63,826 nt of DNA from Paraspadella gotoi (GCA_051294375.1 CM119266.1:9804538-9868363), one strand, 5' to 3'. Numbered from the stretch's first letter, positions 25,521-40,213 are shown. The notes: generated from the letters alone by a model not told the origin. A program made the numbers and translations.

Positions 25521-28338
25521 ATTCGATTCGTGGTGAGGCTAAAGCGTTTTGACTCCCGTGGAGCGTTATCAATTTTCTCACAGAGTAGCTATAGATAAAT
25601 AGAAGTTAGTGAAACGGAATGAACTTTCATGTAATAAATCAAGATACTTTTTAACTCCAGTCAGAGTCGAACTCAAGGAGGTCATGATGAGAATTTAGCA
25701 GTCGCCCATTTGGTCAATTTATTCATCTCCAGGATAGATATATTTTGTTTGTGTTTAATAGGAATTGTGGATTGCAGGAAGCAAGAAGTTATCGATTGCT
25801 CCTCTGCAGTCTTTGGAAAGAGCTTGCAGGCAGCATGCAGCATCAGCATAAGAATCATTCGCGAACGAACATCACAGATCCGCCGGCCATGACTTACCGA
25901 TGTCGTCGTTTGACTCACTCACTGCTTTCGCGTCGAATCTTCCGCATTATTCAGCGGTGTCGGCTTTGTTTTTCTTTTCCCTTCCTTTTTTTTGTTTTCC
26001 GGACGGTGTTGCTCGGCATCGGCAGCTGACGGCGCGGTCCGCAGAGACGTCGGCCAAAGCGCCGGCGACGAAGCTCCCCGGTCGCGTGTATGACGCTGTT
26101 GTCGTGTTGAGTCGTCGACTCGCGTGAACGGGAATCAGAGCTCCGGGTTCTTTTTTTTTTCCGAGCGCGCGGGATCGCCCAACCGGGACTTTTTCTGTTT
26201 CTTCTTTTTTGTCTTCCCTTTTTTTTTTTTGGTCGACGAATTTTCCTGTTGGCTTGTTGTTTTTTCGCTGGTGTTCGAATAGCGAAAAGGTTATTTTTAT
26301 AGTATAGCGCCGCCGAGTACCTCGCGGAGGCAACGTCTATAGATCACTTTTCGTCGGTCGGTCCGTCAGTCGTTTATGCTTCCCATCTACGTGTGAAAAC
26401 GGCTTATAGACTTGCCTAATAGTTTTTGGCTGCATTGTGTTAAGAAAGTCAGAATGCGGTAAGCTGAATCCTATTATGAGCCGGCCGCCTTTTGTGTGTT
26501 GTGAATGAGGAATCTTAGTAAACTATAAGTTTAAAAAGAAAAGGTAATGCGGCGCAACAACCTTGGAATAACCTGTTTCCTTGTTATGCTTTATTTCGGG
26601 TTTGAAGATAAAAGAGAGGGCGAGAGAAAGGGAGCGAGGGGAGAGAGAGGGCATGTCCTAGTGAGCTTTGTCTCTTTAGAGGATTTCTAGGCTTGGGTTT
26701 TTGTCTCCAGTCCTGCTTGTCATGATGTTTGCAGAGGCTATGCTTTTTGTTGTTGGTGTTGGTTGTCTTTGTAGCTTTAGTGTGTCTTTTTTCCTTGTTC
26801 TTGTCTTTTCATTCTTTCCTTTTCGTTTTCTTTTCTCTTCTCTGTTATGTTAGTGCCTGTATTCTCCCCCTTCTTTGACCCAACCCTCCTCTTCCCCCGC
26901 GTCGCCCTCGCCCTTCCCATGTCGGCACGCGTTTAGTGTCCTCTGCCTTGTCTCCGATCCGCCCTTTGTTGGCCCATTCTGGCAGATCTTCATGCTTCGA
27001 CATGACAGCCATGCCGTATAGTGTCCGCGACTCTTGTCGCAATAGTGTTCCCGTCGCTTACAAATCTCCGTTGTTGTAGGTTGTTTAGCGAGCAGTCCTT
27101 GGTAGCTGTTTTTTCGGTTTTCTTTCTCCTCTCCTGTTTTTCGTCTTTCCTTCGTTTGCTTGTATAGTCCCGTGTTCATTTTGATCGTTTCTCTGTGCTT
27201 TATTTCGTTTTCTGCTGTTTTCAGCTCTTTGTCTTTCTGTTCGCCGGCGTATCTCGTAAGTGCAGGAGTAGAAAGAAAGCGCAAAATTCTGTATGAAGAG
27301 TCTCAGGATGTTTTTCGCGGTTGCTCTTCACGTTTGCGGGGAGTGTATAACAGGTGTTGTAGAGCGTTTGTTTTGTTTCCCACGCCTTTGCAGAATTAAG
27401 ATACCCCTACGCTCTCTCCGTATTATTGGTCCAACTCCCCGTTTCCATTCCCGCGCAAGATACGATAACGCGTTGCGGTCGGACATCTAATTTTAGTAGA
27501 CGAATCTGTCGTGAGTTTTTTTTTGTTTTCTGCGTCGATTTGTTTTTCTTCCGCGTTTCATCGGTTACGTACGTCTACTTGTTGTGCCAGCGTGTAGATA
27601 CTATAACTAACTGTTGCTTGTTGTTACTGACGTCGCAACTCCATTATGAACCTCACGTTTCCTCGTAAAATTTAATAGCAGAAAATTTTCCATGCATATG
27701 ACATTCTATCTTATTATCGTGGTTCCCGCGATCCCCCATTTTCTTGAAAAAATAAGTCTCCCTGGGTCGGGCCTGATTCGCCACTTGCATCTTCGTCTGT
27801 ACAGCCATACTGTTCGCATCCTGCGCAAGACGTAGACAAACATCCATACATACGGACGACTCCGCAAAACCCATCCACCAGAATGACAACGGCGCACCGC
27901 TCTTTCCCATGTTCCTGCTTTAAAAAAACAGTTGTTCCATCCTTTTTTGGAGAAATATATGTTTTTAGTTTCTTTTAGGTTTTACGCCGACTTCGTCGGA
28001 CGATTGTTTGGAACGGCTATTTACTCTGGATGTTCGGCGACGAACACGACACGACGACGACGACGAAACATCAACAAGGAGCATAAATTAGTTGTTCTTC
28101 TTTGTTGTCGGATCGTCGTTGATAAGCAGTGAAACGTGATGGTGCCCAACCATCTTTAACTCGGTATAGGATGTTATCGTATTATCCAAGATTTGTCTTC
28201 TATTCGCCACCAAAGGTGGGTCATGCCTCACTCTGTTCCAGCCGACCGGCGCATCCCACCACCTCCAAAGCCCGCCGACCGGCCACCGAACGTAATGCCA
28301 AATTTCCTCGGATTTCCTCGTCCATGCCCCGGCGCCGC

Positions 28339-28372
<34 letters not shown>

Positions 28373-30306
28373 GTCGCACCGCCGCGCGGGCGCCGCCGCA
28401 CGATTATTTCATTGGAAAAACTAAGGACGCGTAGGCAAGCTGCTCGAAAGGATAAACAATCGCCGCATTCGGCTCCACTTGTCCTATGCAAGTGTATCTG
28501 GCTCTGCGTGCCGAAGGTCGCTCTGCTTGTGCTGGCTCCTTTCATTCTGCTTCTGGTAATAATTTTCGGCCTGCTTGCTCAAAGGAGTTTGAATCCTGGC
28601 TTTTGATCGCCCTGCCTGTTGGGGCTCCTCTGATAATTTCTCTCCTCGTCTATTTGAAATCATAATATTAGTCTGGATCCTCGAAATCGCCATACCTGGT
28701 CTAAATTTAGTTCCTGCTCCTATAATTCTCTTTTTTGTTCCTGCTCCAATCGCCCGGGGCTATATTCACGGTTCCAATCTTCCGACTGGTCTTCTTTTGC
28801 CCTCGCGTATTAGGAACTCTGCTCTCTCCCTCTATTCTCTTTCCTCCTGCCTTCAACCCTCGCCTTTCCTCTCGCTCCTCATGCCTCCTCCTCGCTCCTC
28901 CTCCACAAAACTCTCTCTTCTCCCCCTCCGCCTTCGGTCGCGCGCCCTCTCATGGATGTCGCAAGCGCCTTCGCGCGTGCTTGTTGCTGATGAGAAGTAA
29001 AACAGCGAAATCGAGTCCGCCCGCCGGTCGAAAGGTCACCCAACAAAGCAAGCTGGACTCTCAGACTCTCTCTCTTCTCTCTCTCATCTTCTTCTCTCTC
29101 TATTCTCTCTCTCTCAGTCTCTCTCTCTCTCAGTTTCTCTCCTCTCTCTCATCTCTCTCTCTCTCTTCTCCTGCCGCACAGAAAAACCCTAAAAGAGAGA
29201 GAAACTTAGAGAAGCGAGGAAAAGGGGAGTAAGGCTAAGGGATAAAGATGAGAAGTGGCGGGAAGTGGAGTTTTTTGGGAAAGTTTGTAAGTTTATCATA
29301 AAGTAGTAATAAACATCCAATAAAGTCATTATGAGTGAAACAATATTGTAAAAGATAAAAACTTTTAAAAATTTTTTACAGTTAATCCCCTTTAAAAAAA
29401 AACCTTGGAATACTTGAAAAAAATGCTTGGAAAATGTTAAGGTGGTGAGCCGAACGTCCGATTTAAATAAGGTTTCAATCTGAACGTGAAAATCGAATTG
29501 CATGCCCGAAAATTAAATTTAAAATCTCGTATGCAACTTAACCTGATCGTTTTTATATACCCATCTCCAGAACCCAGGAACAAAGATGTTGCTGGAGGAC
29601 GACCTGCGCGACCTGCTGGAGAAGTCACGTGACCGCTGGCGAGGGAAAGAGAGAGAGCGGCGGGCGATGGGCGGGTACCCTCGTGGGACGGACGGATGGC
29701 TTACTCAGACAGACGGCATCAAGACTCGTCTTTGGAAAAGAGACGGGTGAGAAATGAGGAAGAAAATGATAAAAATAACAAATATATTATAATAAATAAT
29801 AAAATTAAAAAATATACATTATGTATATACCTCCCTTTCGTTGTTTTTGAGGAAGATTTAGAAAAACACGTTTTTGTTTGACAACGATTTATTTGACACA
29901 ATTTAGTCAGACATGTTTCGGCTGATTCATTTAGAGCCTTCATCAGTGTTTGACATCAATATTTTTGTCTCTGTTTGAAGTAAAGTTTTTGAAGAAGACA
30001 AAAACTTAGCTTCACAAGCAAAATATTGATTGTCCAAACACTGATGAAGGCTCTAAATGAAATGAGGCCGAAACATGTCTGACTAAATTGTGTCAAATAA
30101 ATCGTTGTCAAAAAAAAACTGTTTTTCCGCTAAAAAATATACAGAAAATAAAAAACAAAAGATAAATCGACACAAAAAATAGCAAAATTGAATAAAAGTT
30201 GAAAAAGATTTGAAAAAATGAAAATATCAGTCAAAAAGGTAAAGGTAGAAAAGTGGAAAGAAAAACGGGAGAGAGAGAGAGAGAAGAGAGAAAGAGAGAG
30301 AGAAGA

Positions 30307-30362
<56 letters not shown>

Positions 30363-30471
30363 AGAGAGGCCATGGTCGAAGCACCTGCCCGAGACGACGT
30401 ACGGTGCAACAGATGCTGGGGGAAAAAAGAAATCTAAAAAGAAAAGGGGAACAAAGAGAGAGAGAGAGAAG

Positions 30472-30529
<58 letters not shown>

Positions 30530-31024
30530 GTGAAAGAGTCTCTTTTGCCAATTATTGGTTCCGCTTCTTCAGAAAAGATTCTTTTTCTTTCTTCGGTTCC
30601 ATTTTCCATACTGATACCATTTTTACCCATACCAGTAACCCCGCATTTCCCAGCCGTCTACAATCGGGTTTATATTGTTTTTGGAAATCATTTTTCTTCG
30701 TATGACGTGGTACTGTGCCTTTGTGATGATATATTCTTAATAACAAAGCCTTGTTCGTTGCCATGGTCAACTAAGTCTGTAACCCCGAAATCCTTTTAAT
30801 ATGCCACATGGCTGTCCAGTGCCCACTCGGTCCAGAGTTACAATCTGATCTACTCTAAAACAATCACCTCATTGTGAGTATAGACTCACCCTTTATATAG
30901 TTCTTCCGACTTTGCCCCCATGAGCACGCCAAAAATTCACACACAGAAATCTTCTCTGACGAAGGGTAATTTGTCTCTCCTCTCTGCTCGTCTCTCTTCT
31001 CCATCCTCTCTCTCTGTGTCTGTC

Positions 31025-31062
<38 letters not shown>

Positions 31063-32390
31063 TTTCCTTGTCTCTCTCTCTCTCTCTTCTCTCTCCTCTC
31101 TCTCTGCTCCTCCTCTCATCTCTTTCTTTCTCTCTCTCTCTCTCGTCTCTCTCTCTCTCTTTCTATCTTTTCTCTCTCTTCGTCTCTTCTCGCTCTCTCT
31201 CGTTGCTCTCCTCTGTGTCCGTGTCTGTCTGTCTGTCTGTTCCTCTGTCTGCTCTCCTCTCTTCTCTCCTCTCTCTTCTTCTCTACTCGTCTCTCTCTCT
31301 CTCTTCTCCTTATTCTTTCTCTCTCCTCTCTTCCTTCTCTCCTTTCTCTCGTCTCATTCCTCTCTCTCCTCTCTCTCTCTACTCTCTCTCTCTCTCTCCT
31401 GTGTCTGCTCCTGTCTGTCTGTCTGTCTGTCTACTTCGCTCTCTCTCTCTCTTTCTTTACTCTCTCTCTCATCTCTCTCTCTCGGTCTCTGCCTTACTGC
31501 TCTTCTTTCTTTCTCATCAGTCTCTTTTGCTCTTTTCTCTCGCTCCTCATCTCTCTCTCTCCTCTCTCTTCCGCTCTCTCCTCTCCTCTCTCTCTCCTTA
31601 CTCTCTGTCTCTCTTCAGGCCATGATCCCTCCTGCCCGCCGGATACCGCAGCGCGAACTGGCGCGACTTCCATCCGACGCTCGACCGCTAAAAACGTCGG
31701 GAGTCGCCAATCTCGGTCTGCCGGCATCTGTCACTACGTCCCGCGCCATCGTTGGAATCCATCCAACGCCGGCGCGTCATCTACTTAGCGAGCATCACCA
31801 GCATGTATGTTTATTCTGCTGCGAGGAGATTTTGTTGGAGATGCCTCGTGCAGGTTGTTTTCGAGGGTGTGGCGGTATGAAAGGTGGTGGGCCGTGGAGG
31901 TTTTTTGAAAAGACGTGTTGAATTCGTGATTCTTTCTTTTGCCTTTGCCGATTCTTTTCCTTTTTCATTTCCTTTTTTCTTTCGGTTCATTTTCCTTTCT
32001 CTTTCTTTTTCCTTTCTTTTCAATTTTACTTTCCTCTCTTTATCGGGATCCTTTAGTTTCCTTTCTTTCAGTTTCGCGTGGTTCATTGCCTAATGATTCC
32101 TTTCTTTTTCCTTTTCTTTTCTTTTCTTTTCTTGTCCTTTTCCTAACTCTCCTTTTTTCCCACTTTCTTCACTCTTCTTTCTTTCTTAACTTTGCCTTTC
32201 ATATCCTTTTTCTCATATTCCGTTTCCTTCCTTTTCTTTCTTCTCCTTTCCTTTAATATCCATTCCTTTCCTTCTCATGCCATTCTTTCCCATCCTATCC
32301 ATTTTCATCACATTTCATTCTCTCAATGTAAAAACCACGAATCACACAAATACATCGTTTTTCCGCCGATGCAAAGCGAAACTCCCCCCC
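25521..32390 (+). repeat. Copy 2 of the duplication (indel-rich, probably an uncorrected long read used for gap filling)
   Basis: Collinear with 18940-25483 but with dense 1-2 bp insertions. It has sequence where copy 1 has N runs. Confidence 0.88.
29857..30132. repeat. Noisy second copy of the hammerhead palindrome (inside the duplicated block)
   Basis: Same sequence with scattered indels; ctgatgaaggctc..gccgaaacatgtc at 30041-30079. Confidence 0.8.
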
Positions 32391-35300
32391 CTTCACTCCC
32401 CCCCATTCCCCCCCCCCACCTTACCCTCCCCCAATTCCTCCCACTCCCTCTCTCTCCTTCTCCCTCCTCCCCCCGGATGCGTCGCATAAATAAGTCGCCA
32501 TAAATAATTCGTGCGAATGCTCATCGTTAATTGCGATCGGATCATCAGTCTCTCTTCTCCGCCGTCTCACCGTGGCGGCGAGATGTCAGGAGTCACTTTC
32601 GGGGGAGGAAAAGGAAAGGAGGAAAAGAGGAAAAAGGAAAAAAAGGAGGAAGAAGGAAGGGAAGAAAAAGGAAAGAAGAAAGGGAATAAGGAAACAGAAA
32701 TTGAGGACCCGGGGAAAATGAGGAGACAAGAAGACAAGAAATAAGAAATGAATAATAAGTATTCTTCCAGCGTAGAAACGAAAGCATAGGCAAGATAATA
32801 AAACCGTCGTAAATGTTGTGGTTGTCGGTAAGGGAAGGAAAGAAAGAGAAAATGTAAGAAGTATCAAATATGGAAATTAAAGGAAACGCCCGGAAGGAAA
32901 GAGGAAAGTAGGTCGACTTTCATTGGAAAGTCTGGCGCCGCATCTGCGATCGACTTCGTCCCCGAGCGACTCGCGACGCCGGGGCCGTCGACACGCGGCA
33001 TCGCGCGTCGTCGATTCGACCGAGTTTTTGGTGAGGCAATTAAGGGGAGAGAGAGAGAGAAATCGAATGATCAAAGTGAAGCGCCATGTTTGTTTTATAA
33101 ACACGGAATAGAATCAGGAAAAGTTCAGAACTTTGGGTTAAATGATATTGATTATAAATAAGCCAAGAGACGGGGATAGCAATCAAGCAATCCTCCTTAA
33201 AAAGTACTGGACCGGAATGTTAATCGAAATGAAATACACTGCCTTAGATAATAAAATCTTAAACTCTAATTACTATTTTTCTATTTCTTCGATTCAGACG
33301 CCCGGCTTCTCCGCGCAAGTATCTCCTAGAGTGGCTCAAGAAAATCCGCGGCCCGATCGATCTGCCGAAGAAGCCTAAGGTGAGGCGGCGCAGGGTTAGG
33401 TAAAGTTCGCAATTAGGTAAGTTGAGCAATTACAACCAATGGATACCTTCGGAAATGGACCAATAATGAAATGGACACGAATGATTAGTTTGATCGATGA
33501 ATGAAAATCGAATCGATTCGATGAAATAAAATCCAAAGAAAATCCTGAACGCGACCGAACGCTGAATCGAACGCGACCGAACGCTGAATCGAGTGATGAA
33601 TGAAGTTGAATGCAGCGAAGAGAAAAATTCAAATATATTCAGAATTGCGGAGAAATTACGTTTTTCTTTTTTATTCTATTTTATTTTCTCTTCGGTTTAA
33701 AGGTTTCGAATGGAAAATTGAAAAAAAAGAAAAAAAGAAAAATACGTGAATATATTTTCTCGCTCGACGAGATTCTTAAAATTTATGTTTTTTTCTGCGA
33801 AGAGCGATTTTTCGCAGGCGCTCATTCTCTCTCTCTCTCTCTCTACTCTCTCTCTCTCTCTTGACAAATAGAGGATTGACAACGTAATTTGAATTCGCAC
33901 GATTTTTTCCCGCAAGCCCTACGCGTATACATTTTTGTCATTTTTATTTATCTATTTCTTTATTTTTGTTCTCGTCCCACCGCCCGAAAAAATTATAAAA
34001 TTAAAGAAGGGAAATAATTGTTTTTTTCGAGAGAAAATTTTTAACTCAGGAAGGCGTCGGGCGGTCGGCTTCTCCTGGCTCGCCGCGCATTACAGCAACT
34101 AAGGCCTTTGGGCGCTTCAGATTCCCGTATTGCCGTGTGATTGAGGGGTGTTTAGGATGGCTTCGCTTGTTTTCATTGCCCACTTCCGGCAAGGGAGGTG
34201 ATTCAGTAACTGATAGTAATAAAAGTAAGGGGAAGTTTTAAAACTTTGTTGTTATTAAGCGATTTTTAAAAATCCTCGTCATTTTTTGCGCATTAATTTT
34301 TTTATATCAGGTAATCTCGATATAAAATATTTTATTTTCGATACATCTTGCCATCAACGTATGCCTTTTGCCCAAATAAGTATGTTAACGCAATCGAACT
34401 ATTTGCCCTTCCGAGATTCTCACTCTTAGGCAGACGTGATCTTGGACAGCCTGACATGGTTTTTGGCTTGTTTTTTTCTTTTCTCCCTCCTTTTGTTTTC
34501 TTGTGACCATGAATTCTTTTGTGGTCTGATGCGCTTACAGGTCGCTTTGCACGATCACAATTTTTCAACGTGTCTCTTTCAGTCCAATCTTATCACTCGA
34601 AATCTTTTAATTGGCGTGGTTATTGGCGACTTCTGCTCATTAATTTCCTCCATTAATTTTCTTCCCCTTTTGCAAGGGGAGCGTTGGGTGCTATCTGCTC
34701 TATCTCGGTCTTTCCTCCCCAAGAAAACCGTAAACTTTAACATTACAACTCTCTCTTCAGAAAATTATTTGGGGAGACTGATCTTTCTCTGTGGAAGTCG
34801 TGAATCTGTGTTCTATCTTCCACCCTCTCTCATCGTTCTCGTCTTTGTGTAGTCGCTCTCCTCTTCTAGTAATCCACAGCGCCACGTTCTCTGTGTTTAA
34901 CTTGATTAGCAATACTTCTTTTCTTAAATTAAATCAACATGTACATAAACCGAACTGATATTGAGACCACACTTAAAAAAATTTTTATTTCCTGCACAAA
35001 ACTGTCGCACGGAAAATTAATTCTCTTCCACCTGTTACTTCGTTTTTCCTGATACTTTTATTTTTTTTTTATCACGAAGGAAAAATCATACTTTAAAAAC
35101 GTTTTATATTTCTTCTTTTTTTTTTATTTGTTGAGCGCTAAATTTCACCGGTTTTAAATATCGGCGGACGGGCGGATAAAAAAAAAAAAAAAAAACTGGC
35201 AATTTTTTAAAAATTATGTTTTTATTATATTAATTTTTTTTATTTTTTAAAATCTTTTTTTTAATAATAATCATCTTTTTTGTCTTCGGAGGATAGTTGT

Positions 35301-38217
35301 CGGAACATTATCTTTCTGTGTGGGTGAGCTGGGTTAGAAAAAGAGAAAGATAGGCTCGGTTGGAAAACGTGTAAAAGAAATTTGTGGTATGTGAGAGAGA
35401 AGAGAGAAATGAGAGAGAGAGAAGAGAGAGAGAGAGAGAGGAGAGAGAGAAGAGAGAGAAAGAGAGAAATTATAAAAAAAAACATTCAAAGAAAATTAAG
35501 GAAAAGAAAAACGGGAGGATAAAGTTTTAATCCATTTCGTCTCATTTTCTTTTTCTGCTTTGCCTCCGAGAAATGGCGCGAGGCGGAGGCTGGGCCACGC
35601 CAACGGCTCATAGGCAGCGCCAAAGCAGACAGCGCCAAACGACGTCGACAGCGTCACGCGCGGGGGCCGCGTCACGTCGCGTCACGCTTCTCTTATTTCC
35701 GAAACAAACCTAATTACCTTTCGACGTCAGATTTTTTTAGGCGGAGAAAAGGAGGGGATGGGAGGAAAGGAAAGACGGAGGAAAGGAAAGAGATAAGAAG
35801 GAAAGAAAGCGGAGGAAAGGAGGAGGTGGGAGGAAAGGAAAGAGTTAAGGAGGAAAGAGAGAGAGCGGATGAAAGGAAAGACGGAGGAAAGGAAAGAGAT
35901 AAGAAGGAAAGAGAGAGAGCGGAGAAAAGGAGGGGATGGGAGGAAAGGAAGGGATGGGNNNNNNNNNNNNNNNNNNNNNNNNNNNNNNNNNNNNNNNNNN
36001 NNNNNNNNNNNNNNNNNNNNNNNNNNNNNNNNNNNNNNNNNNNNNNNNNNNNNNNNNNNNNNNNNNNNNNNNNNNNNNNNNNNNNNNNNNNNNNNNNNNN
36101 NNNNNNNNNNNNNNNNNNNNNNNNNNNNNNNNNNNNNNNNNNNNNNNNNNNNNNNNNNNNNNNNNNNNNNNNNNNNNNNNNNNNNNNNNNNNNNNNNNNN
36201 NNNNNNNNNNNNNNNNNNNNNNNNNNNNNNNNNNNNNNNNNNNNNNAAAAAAAAAATGAAAAAAACAAAAAACTAAAAGGAGAAAAAAAATCGGTGCCTG
36301 TGATTTGTTATAGAGGATTATTATTATTATTATTAGTTTATTACTATTGTTATTAACATCTCTAAAGATCAGAGAGAAACGAATATTTTGTTTATTTGTT
36401 TTAAGCTGATAATGTGATATAGTTGAAGTTAAACCTTCTTATCGTATTCGCTAAAAGAAAACGATCGATATAAATATTTGCTCTCACTCTCTTTCAGTTT
36501 AACTCTTCAATTATCTGGTAATAGAAAAATTTGATCTTAATTCAAAAAGTGATGATTTTCTAAACGCGAGGTCAAAATGAAATGGTGAGGGAGTTAAAAT
36601 TAAAAAGGATTCGGATGGCGGGAAGTGGAAGAGGGTAGGCGTGGGTGAGGTTAGATCTAAGAAGAGTCCCGGGCGGGATCTTTCCTCAGGATCCGTTTTA
36701 TCGCCGTTTTTATGAACATTTCAACCGAAAAAGAGGAGGAAGAGAAGAAGAAGAAAGATGAAAAAGAAAGAAGAGGGTTTATTGAAAAATTATTTAGCGG
36801 AATAAAAATGTCGGGGCGTNNNNNNNNNNNNNNNNNNNNNNNNNNNNNNNNNNNNNNNNNNNNNNNNNNNNNNNNNNNNNNNNNNNNNNNNNNNNNNNNN
36901 NNNNNNNNNNNNNNNNNNNNNNNNNNNNNNNNNNNNNNNNNNNNNNNNNNNNNNNNNNNNNNNNNNNNNNNNNNNNNNNNNNNNNNNNNNNNNNNNNNNN
37001 NNNNNNNNNNNNNNGAGAGAGAGAGAGAAATGAGAAAAGATCAAAGACATTTTAGGTGTGAAGAAAAAAAAGAAGGCAATGCTTAAACGATCTTTTTAGT
37101 AATATATTCTGGCGAAAGGGGCAACTCCTCAAAAGACTATATACTTTTTAAAATACAATTTTGACGACTATTTATATAACTCGAATCGTATTTTTCACCT
37201 ATTTGAGAATGTGTGTAATGTGGTTTTGATTTTTCGGATTGTGTATTTACAAATCAATGATCTCTGGATGTTCCATCGATCAAATAGTTATGTTTATAAC
37301 TTTATTATCTTGTATTGCTTTATGCAAGTTAGTGTAGTATAGTTTAAAGCCATAATTTCCTTTTGACTCGTAAAAGATTGCCCAGAGCATCTCTCAAGGG
37401 CATTTGCGGCATCCGCGGCATCGGCGGTATCGTCCTTACTTGCCTCAGATAGCGATCGAAAAAATGTTTTGTTTATTTTTCTTCTCAATGTCGACAATAA
37501 ATATTGGGTTCTCGTATTGCCTCTTTTTTTTTCTCTCTCTCTTTTCAAAATGTCAGCGGCCTTGAAAAAAAAAGAAGAATATCGCAGTCGAAGAGACAAC
37601 AAATCTGACATCAACGACGACAACAACAACAACAAAAGAATAACAACGATAACNNNNNNNNNNNNNNNNNNNNNNNNNNNNNNNNNNNNNNNNNNNNNNN
37701 NNNNNNNNNNNNNNNNNNNNNNNNNNNNNNNNNNNNNNNNNNNNNNNNNNNNNNNNNNNNNNNNNNNNNNNNNNNNNNNNNNNNNNNNNNNNNNNNNNNN
37801 NNNNNNNNNNNNNNNNNNNNNNNNNNNNNNNNNNNNNNNCGACTGCACCTACACTTACAAGCACGAGCCGCGTCGGCTCGTCAGGGGCAGCGACGACGAG
37901 GACGAGGAAGAGGCCGAGCCCGCCGGGGCGGAGGAAGAGCGGGCCGAGGCTGCGGCGAGAACGGCGGCCGCGGCGGCTGCTGCGGCGAAGCCTTTCGTCG
38001 AGCGACATGATTGGTTGTGGTGGGAACCAGAGCCGGAGCCGGAGAAGNNNNNNNNNNNNNNNNNNNNNNNNNNNNNNNNNNNNNNNNNNNNNNNNNNNNN
38101 NNNNNNNNNNNNNNNNNNNNNNNNNNNNNNNNNNNNNNNNNNNNNNNNNNNNNNNNNNNNNNNNNNNNNNNNNNNNNNNNNNNNNNNNNNNNNNNNNNNN
38201 NNNNNNNNNNNNNNNNN

Positions 38218-38251
<34 letters not shown>

Positions 38252-39494
38252 TCACGAAGTTGACAATGACATAAGTTTAAATATAAACTATTTCGAGAAT
38301 ACGAATTTTAAAAACAAATCTATTTTGACTGAGAATAGTCAAAATTACAACAACGACGACGACGACGAAAACGACGATAATAGCGACGACGAATACTACA
38401 AAAATAATTTCTCCGAAAGAAAAAAAAAAANNNNNNNNNNNNNNNNNNNNNNNNNNNNNNNNNNNNNNNNNNNNNNNNNNNNNNNNNNNNNNNNNNNNNN
38501 NNNNNNNNNNNNNNNNNNNNNNNNNNNNNNNNNNNNNNNNNNNNNNNNNNNNNNNNNNNNNNNNNNNNNNNNNNNNNNNNNNNNNNNNNNNNNNNNNNNN
38601 NNNNNNNNNNNNNNNNNNNCGACGACGACGAATTTGTTCCGACGACTTCCGTTCACATGTGCGTCATCTCGCGATCACGTGATCAAACTCGCTGCGGGAA
38701 TCAATTTATTTTCTCCTCCACCTCCCCTTTCTCTCCGTTTCCCTCTCTTTCCCCCTTCCCTCTCTCCCCTTTTTTTTTATCCCTCTCCCGCCCTCCCTCC
38801 TCCAAATCCCCTTTTCCTCTTCTCAATCATCTCCCCCTTTCCCTCTCTCTCCCTTTCCCCTCTTTCTCTTTCCCCTCTCCCTCCCTCCTCCAATACCCCT
38901 TCTTCCTTCCCTCATCCCATCCCTCTCCCTGTTGATGGTTCGTCGCTGCTCCCTCTTCCCCACCTCTTCCCCTCCTTCTCCCCTCACCCTCTCCCTGCCC
39001 CTTGCTCTTCCTCTCCGTTCTCCAACTCCACCGCCTGCCCCTCCCTCCCTCTCCCCTCCCTTTTCTCCAATTCCCTCCCCTTCCACTCTTCTCTCCCATT
39101 CCCATCCCCATCCCTCTCATCTCCCCTCCCCAATCCCTCCCCTCTCCTCGTCTCCCATCCCTTCCCCCTCGCCCTGCTCTCCCCACTCCCAATCCCCAGT
39201 CCCTCTCCCCTCTGCTCCCCTCGCCCATGCCTCTCTCTCCCTCTCTTCCTCTGTCTCCCAGAAATCAGGAATCTATCTTCAATTTTTTTTTCTCTCACCC
39301 CTTTCCGTGCGTGCTCACTCTCTCTCGGTCTCTGTCTCACTATCTCCCTCTTCTTACCTCTCCCACTCCAACTCGCTCTCCCTCTCTATTCCTTTCTATG
39401 GCTCTATCTCTCTCCCTCTTCCTACCTCTCCCTCTCTACCTATTCTTATGTCTCGCTCTCTCTCTCCCTCCCTCCCTCTCCCTTTTCCTCACAG

Positions 39495-40010
39495 AGGAAA
39501 AACCCAAGAAGACGAGCGAGGAAGAAGACGAAGACGAGGAAAAGAAAGAAGAATCTCGAGAGGAAGAAAAATCGGAGGAAGGCGGAGAAGAGGAGAGGAA
39601 GAAGAGATCGGAGGAAGAAGGAGAAGCAGGGGAGGAAGTGAAAGGAGAAGAGGCCGAGGCTGAAGCCGCGGAATTGGCTAAGGGAAAAGGGGAGGGAACA
39701 TCCGGGGAGGAACCGATGAGGGAGGAAGTGGGAGGAGGAGGAGGAGAAGAAGAAGAGGGAGGGAGCGGTGGAGAGGGAGGAGGGGAAGGAGGAAGCGGTG
39801 GAGAGGGAGGAGGGGAAGGAGGAAGCGGTGGAGAGGGAGGAGGGGAGGGAGGAAGTGGAGGAGGAGAAGGAGGAGAAGGTGGTGGAGGAGGAGAACCGGA
39901 AGCGCCTCCGCCCGAAACCGATTCCGTCAACGAAAGCTACACTCAAGTCGACGCCGCTGCCGACCTGGACGCGCCGGTGAATGTCGAAGGCGCCGATGCC
40001 GATGCCGCCA

Positions 40011-40041
<31 letters not shown>

Positions 40042-40213
40042 TGCCGACGTCGCTGCCGAGGCGGATTTCAACGCCGGCGACGCCTCCAACGCCGACGACT
40101 TCAACAACGAAGAGATCGAGGGAATCCAATACGTCAACAACGACGACGACGACGACGCCAGCGTCTCCAGCTTAGACTACTCAGCATCCAGCTCCTCTGA
40201 AGAAGCGGATTGA
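39495..40213 (+). CDS. Terminal exon of an orphan gene encoding a highly acidic Glu/Gly/Asp/Ala-rich disordered region
   Basis: Long polypyrimidine tract and cacag acceptor (39494), an uninterrupted frame to TGA 40211-40213, (EGGSGGEGGG) repeats at ~39755-39870, and AATAAA at ~40313 and ~40327. Confidence 0.7.

Noticed and set aside
30920-31921. 333-aa Ser/Leu-rich ORF and the many similar SLSL/RERE ORFs
   Set aside because: These are translations of (CT)n/(GA)n microsatellites.
36350-36720. Penton-like C-terminus on the minus strand (IRFSLIFRD)
   Set aside because: It needs several frameshifts, and the plus strand has an acceptor (ctttcag) and more protein-like text.
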